A stretch of 63,725 nucleotides of DNA, filler included, from Dicyema japonicum (GCA_011109175.1; 11 parts of 11 records of this genome joined end to end with filler, not necessarily neighbours in it), one strand, 5' to 3'; shown: positions 1-14,453, counted from the first letter of the whole stretch. Translations and numbers: made by a program. Notes: generated by a model from the letters alone, not told the origin.

Positions 1-7
1 TGTACAT

Positions 8-22
8 TAGTGGTTCTCAACC
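8..22 (+). mobile_element. hAT-type terminal inverted repeat (left end)
   Basis: TAGTGGTTCTCAACC matches the CAGTGGTTCTCAACC hAT/Buster-type terminus; the reverse complement is at 11419-11433. Confidence 0.5.
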
Positions 23-127
23 TTTATTTTTGTATCGCCCTCTTATTTCATTAGTAATAATATTACTATTAAGTAAGTACATTGTACATAAATTCTATAC
101 GTTGTCGCCTGCGTGGCGGGAATGAAA

Positions 128-530
128 AAAAAGCAGCACTACCGGGAAGGCAGAGGCAGGTAAGTGCCTCAGCTCTCTTTATGCGGGCCACACACAATTT
201 TTAAGAGCAAGAGAGAGTACGAGAGAGTTAATTATTCTAATTAATCCCAGCCAGGGTAAGACGTCCATTAGTTCTCTCTTGTCTTAAGTTTTTCTTTTTA
301 TTTGTAGTGCAGCCCAACAGATGCTAGGAAGTTCGACATCTAATCCGGAGATCTGGGGATCCGGAGACCCATCTCTGTGCGGAGTCCGTATATGATCAGA
401 TGTTTATGACGGCATCACTCGTCAAATTCAGTCAGAGCTTCCGGCACAGGCAGCCTCCAGAAATCGAACCCGGAACCAAGTGATTTAGTTACGAGCACTT
501 AGCCGTTCGGCTACGTGGCGGGAATGAAGT
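128..530 (-). mobile_element. tRNA-derived SINE-like element
   Basis: Minus strand has A-box-like TAGCCGAACGG, B-box GGTTCGATTTC and the core TTGACGAGTGATGCCGTCAT shared with the SINEs at 9463, 49513 and 58881. Confidence 0.6.
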
Positions 531-736
531 TATTTATAAATCCAGCGAATTAGAATAATAAATTATTGTTCGTGATCTAGAAACCGTTTGTGATGTGACA
601 CAATTTATTTTTACTAAGAAAAATTTGAAATTGTTTATTTTCCAACAATATTGTGTGGAATCGCCTGGTTTCCACTCAAATAAAGTATTATTCATGCTAG
701 CAAATTTTTTTCTTTTGCATTTTATATCAGCCCGCC

Positions 737-1400
737 ACTTGTTAATGAAAGATTAAGATGAATATAAGTTGTTGAAATCAATTACTTAACAATGAAGAGC
801 TCTATTTTCCCAAGTATAGGAATCAAAACATTTCACAATTAATGAGGGGGANACATGTTAATGAAAGATTAAGATGAATATAAGTTGTTGAAATCAATTA
901 CTTAACAATGAAGAGCTCTATTTTCCCAACTATAGGAATCAGAACATTTCATAATTAATGAGGGGAAATTATATCTGAAAGATGTAAACGGGCTAAACAA
1001 GCTCTTAATTGTTTCCACGACCAAAGAAATAAAAATAATTGCTCGGGAGATTCATGAAATAAGATTTATGAGGCCAATCATTGTGGGCACCTTGGATTGG
1101 AAGCTCTATAAACAAGCTCTTAATTGTTTCCACGACCAAAGAAATAAAAATAATTGCTCGGGAGATTCATGAAATAAGATTTATGAGGCCAATCATTGTG
1201 GGCACCTTGGATTGGAAGCTCTATTTATGAATAGATTTTTTATAATAAAAAGAAAGATAATTCGACAAGTTGTTAGAGAATGTAATATTTGACAATTTTC
1301 AGTACCACTAAAGTAATATGATGATTCAATATAAATTTGTTGCTGATGCACCTAATGAAAGATTTCAAGTCGATTTGATTGATCTTAAAGTTCTACAATT
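737..1400 (+). mobile_element. degenerate rve integrase remnant (Ginger/Gypsy-like)
   Basis: Frameshifted translation EIHE..ANHCGHLGLEAL...VRECNI..VADAPNERFQVDLIDL gives an HHCC zinc region plus the start of the integrase core; contains local duplications. Confidence 0.5.
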
Positions 1401-4400
1401 TTTTCAATGTCGAAAATAGTGACGGATCGGTAAAGAAAATACTTGCAAAAATACTTAATAAGTTGAATGTGATGACTATGACTAATAATTATTCTTGATC
1501 TTTAAAAAAATTAAGTTAATTGGATATTAATTAACATTGATTGGTAGAGCGTAGCGCTCGCGACATATTATCTTCAGTAAAATTAATATTGTTTCAACAA
1601 TCACATTAAAGGAGTTACGAGTGTCAATTAGGAATCGACAAATCAATTTTATAATTTGGAAATATTCTTTATATTTTATACTAAATTCTTTATATTTAAA
1701 TTTGATGATTTTTGGTATAATATTTTATTCTATTATAATAATGATATGACAAAAATTAGTCGTGAATTTTTTACTTTAAAACAAAATATTCAGGACTCGA
1801 AGTGATGAATAGGATTCAAATTAAAAATTTAACCAGCTTAACAATGACAAAAATTAGTCGTGAATTTTTTACTTTAAAACAAAATATTCAGGACTCGAAG
1901 TGATGAATAGGATTCAAATTAAAAATTTGATCAGCTTAACAATCACAGCTTAATAATATTTGACAGATTAAATGGTAATTTCCATTACTTTTCTAACCAT
2001 CGTAAAACAGTTGTTAAATTAAGTAAAAAATCAGAATTGCCATCAACTCATAAACCTAAAAAGTCTTGAGGGGAATAAAAAACGATAAGCTATTCAAAAC
2101 TGGATTAGGACAATTGTATTTTCTCCGTCCAAGGTGAAATTCCAAAAAGAAGGAAAAATTGTAAAATAAGGAAAAGGATAGATGCAAATTTGTTTCAGAT
2201 GGTACTTCCGTGTAAAAATTTTTAATCCATAAAATGATTTTGTGATTAAAGTCAGGAACTGAGAATTTCAGAATGGTGGAAAATATATTAAAAACAAGGC
2301 AAAATGCATGTTATTACGACTCAATTGAAACAGATTGTTTCAGCAAGAGAATGCGTCTCCACAGTTTTTAGTTCAATGGTTTCTGAATTTATGAGTGGAA
2401 TATAAATGATCGATTCCTTGGATTAATCATTTAAATTTATTCGTTACCCCTTATCCTGTTTTCAAAATATAATGATCGATTTACTAATTTAAATTGTTTA
2501 TAATTTATTTCGAGCACATTCTAAATCGAAATAATTTGAAATTTGATAGAAATTTATAGATCCAAATACATTTTGAAAAAAAGAAAATTTCAGAAACAAT
2601 CCGTGCAGCCAGGATAATATAGATTTCATACTGTGATATATGTTTTTCATAAACTATCTTAATNTTCAAAATATAATGATCGATTTACTAATTTAAATTG
2701 TTTATAATTTATTTCGAGCACATTCTAAATCGAAATAATTTGAAATTTGATAGAAATTTATAGATCCAAAGACATTTTGAAAAAAAGAAAATTTCAGAAA
2801 CAATCCGTGCAGCCGGGATAATTTAGATTTCATGCTGTGATATATGTTTTTCATAAACTATCTTAATTAGAATTAAGTAGTTTTAATATATGTGATATGT
2901 TTTGGATTTCTATTGATCTACAACAAATGAATCAATGAATAAAGATTAACTATAACATTGTTAGTTTAATTATTCTTAAGAATGTTGGCACGAGATTCAA
3001 TCAATTCTGTCTAAATTTGCAAACTCGTGATGATTTATTTATATGTAAATTATCGCGAATGTCTTTAATGGTTAAACCTCCAGAGGTGTTTTTAAATGTT
3101 TAAATTATTTTATTTAGTGCAATGAAAAACTTTCAAACAACAATTCAAATACTAGGCCCGAGTTAAACTGGAATAGCGACTCCCCTCCTGTAATAACTTT
3201 TTTCTAACTTTTAAGGTTTCACCAGAAAGAAGAACCTTTCACGAAGTTCCCGAGTATGCTTTAATCCTTGTATTTGATTATTTATAGAACTACGACAGAG
3301 AATGCTGAAATATATGTAGAAGAATCATTTTCAGATGATGGGTTGGTTAAACCTCCAGAGGTGTTTTTCATTGTTTAAATTATTTTCTTTAGTGCAATGA
3401 AAAACTTCCAAACAACAATTCAAATACTAGGCCCGAGTTAAACTGGAATAGCGACTCCCCTCCTGTAATAACTATTTTCTAACTTTTTTAAGGTTTCACC
3501 AGCAAGAAGAACCTTTAAAGATATCCCCGAGTATGCTTTAATGATTGTATTTGATTATTTATAGAACTACGACAGAGAATGCTGAAATATATTTAGAAGA
3601 TTTCTTTTTAGATGACGAGTTCGAAAGTATGGAATGCATACAAAAACTTAAAATTCTAGATTTATATGAAACATCGAATGATGAATATTATTCGCCTGAA
3701 GATTCAGATTACATTGATACTTCAACATCTTAATCTAATTTGGTCTTACTTTTAATTTATTTCTTTGGTTTTTAATTTGTTTTAATTGGAAACAATGATT
3801 AAATTTATTTCAAATCGGCTAATTTAAAATTGTAATTAATGAGTTCCTATTTAAAAACGGAAAAAATGAAATAATCTTAGTTTCTAACTAATGAGCAACC
3901 GCCCCAATAAGATTGTCGCAAGATTTAAACGTTAAGTTAATAAACAAATTAAATTTAAGGTCTAACTTTGAAGAGTCCTCCATATCCCGACAATTGAGGA
4001 GAAAATCGAGCAACTGGAATTATATATATTAGTACAGTTTAATCTTAGTCACGAATCTTTCCGGTATTTTGAGTAAAGCTAAAAAAAATTGTTCATTCGA
4101 AAGTGGAATNNNNNNNNNNNNNNNNNNNNNNNNNNNNNNNNNNNNNNNNNNNNTTAATTAATTAANNNNNNNNNNNNNNNNNNNNNNNNNNNNNNNNNNN
4201 NNNNNNNNNATGTGGTCTAATAAATTTTATATTGTAAAATTTTTGTTTTATTGAAAAGAAATATGGACTACTCTAAATATCTTAATTTTTTAGGCTATTC
4301 TATTTTAAGTTGTCTATGCCAGATATTAATTGATCCAAATGATATTTTCCCTATTTTTATGAATTCAGATTTTAGCGATTTGAATCCATACGAACCCATT

Positions 4401-4894
4401 CTAGAAAAAATATTTCAGTTTATTAAATATCATGATTTTGAGTACGACTTTGATTTCGATATGTATTATTTTTAATTTTCTATATTAAGGTCAATGAAGC
4501 CAACGATAAATTTATTGAATGCGATCACAGATGAACGAATTTGGCTCTGGGCTGTGTGGGAATGCGCTAATATTGCATTGATATATCGTTAATCCTTATT
4601 TTTATAATAGCACATAAATTGATTGACACGTTTATTTCTCATAACATTGTTATGAAAATTGAGAATATCTGTTTACTCTCCAATATGAAAGAGATCCATT
4701 ATTATGCTGAAAAGTTTCAAACACATTACAATGTTGTAATTTTTATAATTTAGAATTATATTAATTGGCGGTAAAGTTAATCCATATTGGTCAATTTATT
4801 AATAATATCATTAATTTATTTATTAAACCCAGATACACATAGAAAGAAGTTATGGTAAACAAATAGTTAAGTGCATTTAATTTCTACGTCTAAA

Positions 4895-5030
4895 AAAACA
4901 GAGTCCACCAGGAATCAATATAAAGGTTAAAAGACGTCCATCTTGCAGTTGTGGACACCCCTCCAGTGGAGTGTGGGAGAGCAAATGATCATTTTTCGTG
5001 CCGGCCTGGCGCTGGGACCTACGCATTGGG
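4895..5030 (-). repeat. dispersed repeat, inverted copy of the 28975-29155 family
   Basis: Reverse complement aligns by eye with ccaggccggc..gatcatttgctc..ctccactggaggggt..ccacaactgca..ggactc at about 29010-29120. Confidence 0.75.
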
Positions 5031-5489
5031 CTTAAAAATAGATTGTTCTCAACAATAGACTTATTATCCCTAAAATTTTAAACAAAAAAATGATTGGTCG
5101 ACTACGAGTTTTCTATCTGAGAGAATTTACTCGCATTGGCTTTCTCACAAGGCTAGACGCCAGTAGACTATTTTCCACAGTTGACATCTGCAAAACTTTC
5201 GACTCCGTTCCTAGGAAGGATCTTACTTCGAAAACTCTAGACGGAAATTTAGAATCTGGTCTTCTAATTTTTAAAGGACAGAAAGAAAGAGTCTGCCTTG
5301 CAAACATTCGATCTGTTTCCCAGATATATCCTAGTAATTTCGCCTGATGTTATATAGTAGGATGGTTTTGTATCCATATTCAATAGAAAGTACAATTGTA
5401 TATCTTTACTCAACGCATGAAGATCTTTCTATTAAATATTAAAAATATGGGGAATAATATTTATTTAACAACTCAAAACATCAGTAAAA

Positions 5490-6200
5490 CCTAACTAATT
5501 ATAAAGTGATCACGATGCGTTCCAACAGTGATTTCTTCTATGCCAGTGTTCCTCCCTCGTGTCCTAGCATAATCGTAAAGGATAGCTCACAGTATTTATG
5601 GGACCGCATTCATGAGTCTAGTTTCATAAGGGCCTCAGAGACGTTAATTCGGTTCGATGATCTTCACAAATCCATCTCTCCGTTACTGTGAAAGTCCTCT
5701 TTGTATATCAACGATTTTCCTCATATCTGTGGTGGTCCCCAATGGCTTAAGCATATGAAAAACATGACTCGATGTGATGTGTATGCACGTTATCAGAACC
5801 GGTTGAGTACCACTCTTTCATAAAGGTATGTCGACCTTGTTTAACTTCAAGGTATCTTTCTTCCCTCCTTATCTTGTCAGAAGTAAAATGATAAGTAGAA
5901 GACTTCTCACCATTCATCATGATCCGGTTTTCTGTTATCCAGGCATAAATCGTTCCATATCAGCTTGTATTATTCTGAGGCCTTGTGGATGTCTCGATCT
6001 CTCGAGCCGAAACAATCGCCATATCAGTATAAAAAGGTAAAAATTATTATAAGATTCCAGAGTCGAGAGATCGGCCAGGAAAGGTTAGCCAGAACTTTAG
6101 CTAAAAAGATTCTCCAGGATTATGACATCTAACATAGTAGTTTTCGGGTCTTAAAGACACTTTTTCTTCTAGGTTTTAGTATGGCAGTATTATGCCTGTA
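5490..6200 (-). mobile_element. degenerate non-LTR RT, 3' portion
   Basis: Broken frames FYTDMAIV and AWITENRIMMNGEKS (RT domains 5-6 like); ends in GTGATCACTTTATAATTAGTTAG, as in other LINE copies here. Confidence 0.5.
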
Positions 6201-7329
6201 ATCATAACCCTCCATTGTAAAAATCAATAATTGTCGTATGTCATAAGAACCCGGGGCGTTGATACTGTCCGGGTTGAAGAGACAAATTTATCACTTGAAA
6301 ACATTAACAACCACTAAGTTTTGTCTCAAAAGAAACAAAATAGAGAGAAGTTAAATCCCCAAGAAAAATAGAAAAGTAAAATCCCGGAGTAAAGTAGAGA
6401 TGTTAAATCCCCAAGGAAATGAACCGAGATTTAAGGTTACTTTATAGCAAATCCGACAAGACAAGACAAATTTTATTTTCTAACAAACCCCAAAACTAAT
6501 TACTGTAAAGAAACCAAAACCTGAACCAAAACTAATTAAGTGGGTTTGTATTCATCGTGTAGGGTCATTTTATGAGACACTTCGTTTGGACCCCAAAAAT
6601 TACATCACATTTTCCATAAGTGATGTAATAATTTTTCTATCTTTCTGACTTTCAGGTCGTAATCCTCTTCGATATTGGATTTTAAGTCCAGTCCATATGC
6701 CAATTTAATCGCAAATCTTCTGGACTTTTCCAATTTTTTGACAAANNNNNNNNNNNNNNNNNNNNNNNNNNNNNNNNNNNNNNNNNNNNTTAATTAATTA
6801 ANNNNNNNNNNNNNNNNNNNNNNNNNNNNNNNNNNNNNNNNNNNNTAAAAAATTAGGTGTACGAGAAAGAGATTAAAGAGAAAATTGAAAGTTATAACTA
6901 CAGAAGAAAATTTGATGCTAAAACGAGAATTTGGCACCAGACTTTCTATAAATAACAGAAGACTTTTGTTTTTGATATTCTTTTTCTTTCGTACATATAC
7001 TGCTACAAAAAATTAAAAATTTTATATCAATTAATACATTTATTATATTGATCAATACATTTTTTTATATTAATTAATACATTTTTTATATTGATCAATA
7101 CATTTTTTATATTAAGAAATACACTTTTTATATTTGTTGATAATTTTTTTATATTTACTAATAAGTTATTATTAAGGGTTATTAGTAATAACCCTCAATT
7201 TCTTTAACGAATGCCCAGAGAATTGTGGCAACCCAAAAAAGACCGTTTTCCGTGTAAAAAAACTGGATCAAAGGCGATCTAAATTCTACACCTACAACCT
7301 TGGAAGACCTAGTAAGAAGAATAGGAGGT

Positions 7330-7640
7330 CAAACTCAACGATNCTTCTAAGGAAGTTACTATTCTACAACTGAATATTAATGGAATCTATCGTAAACGGA
7401 ATGTACTCATGCTGTTTCTGACCATCACAAACTGGACATCGTCTTTCTTAAGAAACTTGTATAATTCATTAAAAATCAACACCAAGATTCAAAGGATTTA
7501 CCAGTATAAGTACAGAACAAACGAATGGCTCAAACGGTTGAGGTGCGGGATTCATTTCACTAGCACAACATACATCACACGTGCTTTAAAATACCTTCTT
7601 ATATCTCACCTTATGTTTTACGTAGCACATATCTCTTAAA
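7330..7640 (+). mobile_element. APE-type LINE fragments (endonuclease N-terminus and C-terminal RLRCG piece)
   Basis: VTILQLNINGIYRKRNVL..HHKLDIVFL (APE start) followed by KRLRCGIH. Confidence 0.5.
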
Positions 7641-9462
7641 AAATAAGATTCCTATCCCCTTGTATATCAATTCCATTCGAAACAATACATCTGGAAAACC
7701 TTTATCAATTACAAACGAGGGAATTGGGGTGAATTTCAACAATTAACGGAATCCAATTTCAAATTTTTTTAGAAAATTTAAATTCGATGGAGTCTGAATG
7801 ACTCTGAAATGTTTTAATATCGAAAATGGATTCCAAAGGGGTGCACTCCTGGGACTAAACATTTTTTCAGATGTGAGATGATATCTCTGATAAAACAAAG
7901 ACGGGCTATGAAAAAAAAGAAACAGCTCTGATACTCATTTCTGTAAAAAACATTTTGCCATATCTAATCGAGTCCACAAAAAGAAAATTAAATTTCAGCC
8001 AAACTGAAAAGAAATTTAAACAATCATAATGGAAGTGTAACTGATTAAAAATGTTACAAGTCATCAGCGAGAGGAGTCATTCCTATTCTGAAACCGGTAA
8101 AAAATCCACACAATACAGGATTTTTTTCCCGACTTTTTCTCTTCTTTGTGCCACTTCCAAAATTTTAGGGGAAACTCGTGCTTAACCACATCTATCAATT
8201 TGAATGGTTTGAATGGTGGATAATACTCGAGATTCTGACAGTAATAATGCTACCACTGAATGAGAAAAAAGTCGGTCATTTGGCCATTTTTAGAACAAGA
8301 CTCGGAATGTTGGCCGTGTTCTCACATTGTTCGTGTTTTCACATAAAAACAAGTAAAGTGAATCTTAATAAAACATATTTAGGATATTCTGCTAAAAACG
8401 AATATTCTAAAACTTCATTTTAACACGCAGTCTACTACCTGTGAAGGCTGGATGGAGCAACGCTAAGTAATATGGACTACTCTATAATTATATTGATTTA
8501 CAAAACCTGGTTGTGGTTCCTGTCATAACCACCAGAATGTGATCGGGATCAATTATATAGTCTACATAATATTGACTGTCTTTTTTATGGTACATTTTCA
8601 TAGGCTTCTTGATTGTCACACATCAGTGTGAAGGGGAACAGATTACGGAAATTGTGCACTTGATAAGACTACAGTGAACAATAAATATTATTTTAACGTA
8701 AATGCGTAGGGTAAACTCTCACGATAGAGCCGACCAAACTGTTTATTCCAAAGGGTAAATATCAACACTTTGGAAATTGTGACTCAATTTAGAAGCTAGG
8801 ATAGAGTCCTCAGTACAAATCGGTTTTGGTAAATTGAACATTGGGTAGACTATTCTCTTTACTCCCTTATATTGAAATTCCTATTGGAATGTCGTTCCTC
8901 ATTTATGCGATTATAGGCATTCAGTTTCCTTGAATGACAGTACTCAGATTAATAGCAATAATAAATTTCAGTTCTTTCATCAGTCCCTTATTTTACTATT
9001 TAGGCATATTCTTTATATATTTGTATATCTTTCACTAGGGAGGCTCAGCAGGAGATTGTATTTCGGGGGAACATATGCATCACCCAAGAGTTAATAATCC
9101 AAATAGCTGTGGTTTTTTTTGCCTAAGCTTCATAATAGAGATTTTTGATTACCTAACACAAGATTGGTCAATCTTTGGTACACATAACTTTGAAGAATTC
9201 GAGCATAATTCTGATGTCACGTGGCTATTTATGTGATGAGAAAGGTTGATAAAGTATATTTATTTAGTAAGTCTCCTAAGACAATATCTACCATTAGGAT
9301 GCTATGTCCTCATACATATGCCCGTAAGGTGCATATTATCAGTTATTGTAGAAAATAGCAACAATAAATATGCCATTACTGAGTGGCGGGACTGTCGAGT
9401 TTAAAGCTACTTTATTTGCTCTTGTGAGGTCAACCTTCCATGTATTTTTACGAGTTTATTAT

Positions 9463-9720
9463 CGAGTGGCTCAGTGTTACCAAAAATAACGAGGTCCCGG
9501 TTCGAATCCCACTGATGCCCATTCGGTTTTAAGGTTCCACGCATCTATGTTGCTTTAACTTGACGAGTGACTCTTCATCAGTGAACATTTTACTGCGGAG
9601 CCGTATCGTCTAAAAAGGACTTAAATCCAAAAAATAAAAAAAAAGAAGTGAAGAGCATTCCTTTGTTCTCCCTCATCGATTATTATGATAACTGTTCTTT
9701 GCTGAAAATCAAGTGTGATC
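9463..9720 (+). mobile_element. tRNA-derived SINE
   Basis: A-box GAGTGGCTCAGTG, B-box GGTTCGAATCC, then a body colinear with the full-length copy at 49513-49826. Confidence 0.75.
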
Positions 9721-10799
9721 TGATGCATTAGTTATTTAGCTAAATATTCAAATTTGAAAGATTTGGAAATTAACATTGAAGGTCACCCCACATACATCGT
9801 TATATTCATCAAAAATTGTTAAAACTCAAAGCCTTATTATCTGGTTCCTGGGGGAACTAAGGTCCAGAAAAGTACGGCAGTCCAAAAGAGCAAAGATATG
9901 TGCAAATGCGTACCCAAAAAAAGTTTTGGTAAGTCAAGCCTAGACAGGCGTTTAATATATTAAATAAAAAATTTAAAATAATAGAAAATTTAAAAAGTTA
10001 TAATTTATCCTCAAAAACATATTTTCAAAATTAAACTCTATAATTTGGCGCGTTACTTGGCCACGTGACTAAATTTTGATATTTAAAGGTAATTTTTGTA
10101 CAACTAAAGAGAGCTGTTTAATCATTTTTCTGTTAGATTGCTACTTCCAAACGTAGTTGTTAGTGTTGATTAGGTAGTTTACTGGTTAATGTTGTTGCTT
10201 ACGTCGCATTTAGCTGTGGGTTAATTTCCACACGCTACGTCCTATTTCGATGTGCGGAACGTTGTGGTCATCACTTGAATTTACATTCAAATCTGTACAG
10301 GATTGGATAATCGTACTTTTAGAGTATGCATTTGCTCTCTAATATGCCCATCATACTTTCTTGAAGACGGGTCACATTTTCTCTTGTCCGGGTTCACCTA
10401 CTAGTTCTCTACAGAACCAAATATAGTCATGAGATTTCTGGGAGCGTCCGATCTTGGCTGTGACGTTTTTGTTAGCCACCGGTATCCTTCACTCGAAGGG
10501 ACCGGGAGTAAATAAAAATAAATCAGTTATTAATTCTAGAATGTTCTAAATAATTTAGTTTGTTGCTAGCATTTCATCATTGAATCTACCTTACATTGGA
10601 GACCGGCATTTAAAGAGATCCATCTCTTCATCCAAGCTCCCTAACGACGAGTTCTGGTTTGACCAGCCTAGATAAAGCGTTTACTGGTACAAGTTAGGAT
10701 CACGAGATTAGTTAGTTTAGTTTCACTCTTGGTCTTTGGAACCATTTCATTTATCTTAGGCATATGTTGAACCTTAATTATTCCGCATTGAAGACTCGG

Positions 10800-11433
10800 C
10801 GAAATTCAAAAAGTTCATCCAAGTCTCACTGATTTTCTGTACCCATACCGTTCTTCACTTTAAAGAATTTGTAAAGGGTTGAATATCTCGTTATACTGAG
10901 GGACTACTGCTGACTGATGAAGCAATTTGTTATCGTTCGCAAAAGCGAAGAAAATTGAATCCACTTGTTAGATTTCAGACTCGTTGAGAATGAAAGGGAT
11001 AATTATTCTGGATGGCTGGTAATGCAAACCTTTTTTTCCGAAAATGGACCATCTAGAAACAATTAGGCCAAAACATAGGAGGAAATCTCCGACTTCGAAT
11101 TTGAACAGTGAAATAAAAGCTTAAAATTCAGAGGTTAAAATGGACTCGGGTGGTTTCTGATTTGAACTAAAATACCAATCTGTTAATTTTGCAGAAAACG
11201 ACTTGAGAAGGTGTTGATTCATGCAGACTACTTACTCTTGGGATTCATATGATATTCACAAAAATTTATGGAACAAGAAATCTCTACTTTGACGTTTCTC
11301 CAACTTCTCAATTAATTCAAATGATATCTTTCAAATCTCATATTTAAAAAAGTTTTTTTTAAAAAGCGTTATAAATTAGTACATAGAGTCATCATTTCTT
11401 ATTCAAATTATTGATTTAGGTTGAGAACCACTG
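10800..11433 (+). mobile_element. decayed hAT (Buster-like) 3' end with TIR
   Basis: Weak C-terminal motifs (LFWM..FFPKM; GF*..QTTY) and terminal GGTTGAGAACCACTG followed by a NNNTANNN site (TGTTAGAG). Confidence 0.45.
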
Positions 11434-13269
11434 TGTTAGAGGTGTTTCGGAGATTTCATTGTGGAATCAAGAATGATATTATACCGTGAAATAACGATTT
11501 TGTACTCGGTATACATAAAGACGAGAATATCCTCGGAATAAAAATGGAATTAAAGAAAGAGAATGAAGCATGAATCTAGAAAGATGTGTAGGAGCTCGAC
11601 GATGACAAAAATTTCACCAAGTCCCTTTAAGAGAAATGAAATAAGTCATTTTTTAAGAAAATGAACGAATGAGGAGGCGATTTTACTTGATAGGATGCGG
11701 CGGGAAATACGATCAAAAGCTTGGAGAAATCTATAATAGAAAGGAATATGAGAAGAAGTAGTTTGTGATTTTTAAACCCATCACCGGTGAAATTGTATAG
11801 TGTAGTTAGTTAAGTAACCCCAGCCTCACGAACTTGTAGGAGATCAGCAGTTATTAAATAGGACGCATTATATGTTGGTNNNNNNNNNNNNNNNNNNNNN
11901 NNNNNNNNNNNNNNNNNNNNNNNTTAATTAATTAANNNNNNNNNNNNNNNNNNNNNNNNNNNNNNNNNNNNNNNNNNNNTTCACAAAGATTAGAGGAATT
12001 AGCTCAGTGACGAATAGTCAAACAAATTTGAATGACAGTTTGAGTGCAGGGAAACCTCTTTTGCTAAAGATCTGGTGTTTCGTAGAATATGACAATTCCA
12101 CTTTATTAAAATTAAGAGAATTATTAAAGAATAGATAGCTGACATAATACTAATGAGTAATACCACAGATTACAAAAGACAGTCAGCAGGGACGATGGCC
12201 ATTTCGTGACTATGTAGGAATCATCATAGCTCCAGATGGTCTTGGTACGTCTCCTTCTTTTAACTGAGACTCATGATTACAAATTTCAGACTGCACATTT
12301 CACATAGGAGTCTAAGCTTACCAAATCTGTCTCCACTCAAAAATACTCTGTACTCTGAAAGGATCGGGTGATGGGACATAGCTCCAGATGGTCTTGGTAC
12401 GTCTCCTTCTTTTAACTGAGACTCATGATTACAAACTTCAGACTGCACATTTCACATAGGAGTCTAAGCTTACCAAATCTGTCTCCACTCAAAAATACTC
12501 TGTACTCTGAAAGGATCGGGTGATGGGACCTGGCAGAACTCCAACAATTATCAGAATCTGAATTGTGTTCAATGATATCTTCCATGTTGTGTCCTCTATA
12601 AAGGGATAAGCTGTAACAGATTTCTATTGAACTTTCTTGACATCGAAGCGTTTCATATTCTTGATCGTCTGATTCCTCTTCAGGGGTGTGCCCGACCACA
12701 CATATTTTCAACCTATCGAGACTATAAAGAGACAGTAAGCATTGTCGTGGACTATAGCAATTCAAGGGGCTGAGAGAATCATCTTAGTTCACGGGTGTCT
12801 CTGGGTCGTTCGGTGATTTGAATAGCAAACATTCCCATTTCTGCAGTCTCAACCAACTAATAGTTGAGGATATTGTCGTCCTTAGATCAGGTGGTTAATG
12901 TTTACAATCCAAATGTTCATACCATGGATACCCCCACTTCTCCGGATATGTTTTTATGTACTTCACTTGCAGAGTATCTTTAATAGGCCAACCAGATTTT
13001 GTGAAAGACTCAAAATACCTGTTTTGTGTTGTGGTGTTCTACAAAGTTCGAACATTATTCGAAAGCTGACTGTTCGGCTTCTCCACGTATGTGAGAGACA
13101 TTCTACTGATAGTATTTCAACCTACAAAACAGCAAAAATACTGTCGTCAGTGATTTTGTAAAACAGGTGGATCTTTATTCTTCTATCATCCAACACAAAC
13201 TTTGACCGAGTTTTAGTGCTCATTAAAAACAAAATGGCTTGAAGAAGACTCTGATCCAGATTGAAGACT

Positions 13270-14453
13270 CTGTATCGACTCTACACTTTCTCAATTAAAA
13301 AACAGCACTATTCCTATTGAAATTGAAAAGAAGTCTCAACATCCAGAGAATCTCCTATCTACTAAGGACAGCTCCATATTATTCTCAACTGGAGCTGCTC
13401 GAGAATTTTGATTTGTCTCTCCTCAGCTCGGCGGAGCAAATATTTAATGTCCGATTCGACGATGATACATGGATGCAGGCTACACTCCCAGTTAGATTCA
13501 GGGGTCTTGGAATCCGTCGAACTTTGGACGTCTCACTTCCCGCTCATTTATCATCACTCACGGCCTGCGAACCTTTGGTCAGGAGGATTCTACACTCCCC
13601 ACCCGAATTTTCAACTGACCAAGAGATAATCCACGCACGAGAAGCCTGGAATGTCACCAACCTCCCCCTGCCTCCTTCCCAAGATCGCCAGCGAAACCTG
13701 GACAACTTATTATGCTGGAAATCATTTGGACTCCTACTGGAATCTGCCAATCAGCATCGACGCGCTTGTTTGCTTTCGAGGGCTTCCCCTGAGAGCGGAG
13801 CTTGGCTAAGCGCCATCCCCAATGGAGCTTTGGGCACTTTTCTGGATGATGAATGCGTTAGAACTGGTATCTCTCTGCAGCTGGGAATAAAAGTATGTGT
13901 ACCTCACCCGTGCCGATGAGGCATTCTGATAGACTGCTATGGCCTGCACCCTCTCGCCTGCAGGAGGAGCGCTGGCAGATCCCCAAGGCACAAGGCTCTG
14001 AATGAAATTGTCAGGTGAGCTATGGATGCTGCTGGATACTCGGCCATTCTTGAACCGGTCGGGTTATGCAGAAGTGACGGGAAACGACCGGACAGGATGA
14101 CCATATTTCCATTTGAGGCCGGGAAACCACTGGTTTGGGATGTGACATGTACAGACACGTTCGCCCAGAAAAATCTTCACGAGAGTGCTACAAGGGCCTG
14201 TTCAGCATCCGTAAAGGCGGAGAAGGCCAAACTCGTTAAATACGTCGACCTTCCCGATGATGTCAAATTTGTTCCCCTTGCTATGGAGACTTCCGGATCC
14301 TACTCCCCCTCTACACTCGAGTTTTTCGGACGTCTTGGAAACCGGATCACCTCATGCACTGGAGATCTCCGTGAACGCCGCTGGCTATTTGAGCGAATTT
14401 CGCTCGCAATTTTGAGAGGGAACAGCCACGCAGTGAGGGCGGCAACTACCTGA
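13270..14453 (+). mobile_element. CRE-clade non-LTR retrotransposon, 3' part (post-RT region, CCHC, RLE nuclease), inactivated
   Basis: QATLPVRFRGLGIRR...GAWLSAIP...CR*GILIDCYGLHPLACRRSAGRSPRH...LEPVGLCRSDGKRPDRMTIFPFEAGKPLVWDVTCTDT...EKAKLVKY; two in-frame TGA stops. Confidence 0.85.

Noticed and set aside
4154-4165. TTAATTAATTAA palindrome recurring about ten times
   Set aside because: Always centred in N runs; a six-frame-stop scaffolding linker, not biology.
9463-9530. tRNA genes at the A/B-box sites (also about 460-520 and 49755-49826)
   Set aside because: No paired anticodon or acceptor stems, and they run into repeat bodies; they are SINE heads.
8-11433. Matching hAT TIRs at 8-22 and 11419-11433 as one 11.4-kb element
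   Set aside because: The 8-bp flanks differ, there are three gaps between them, and the interior is unrelated debris; more likely two copies.
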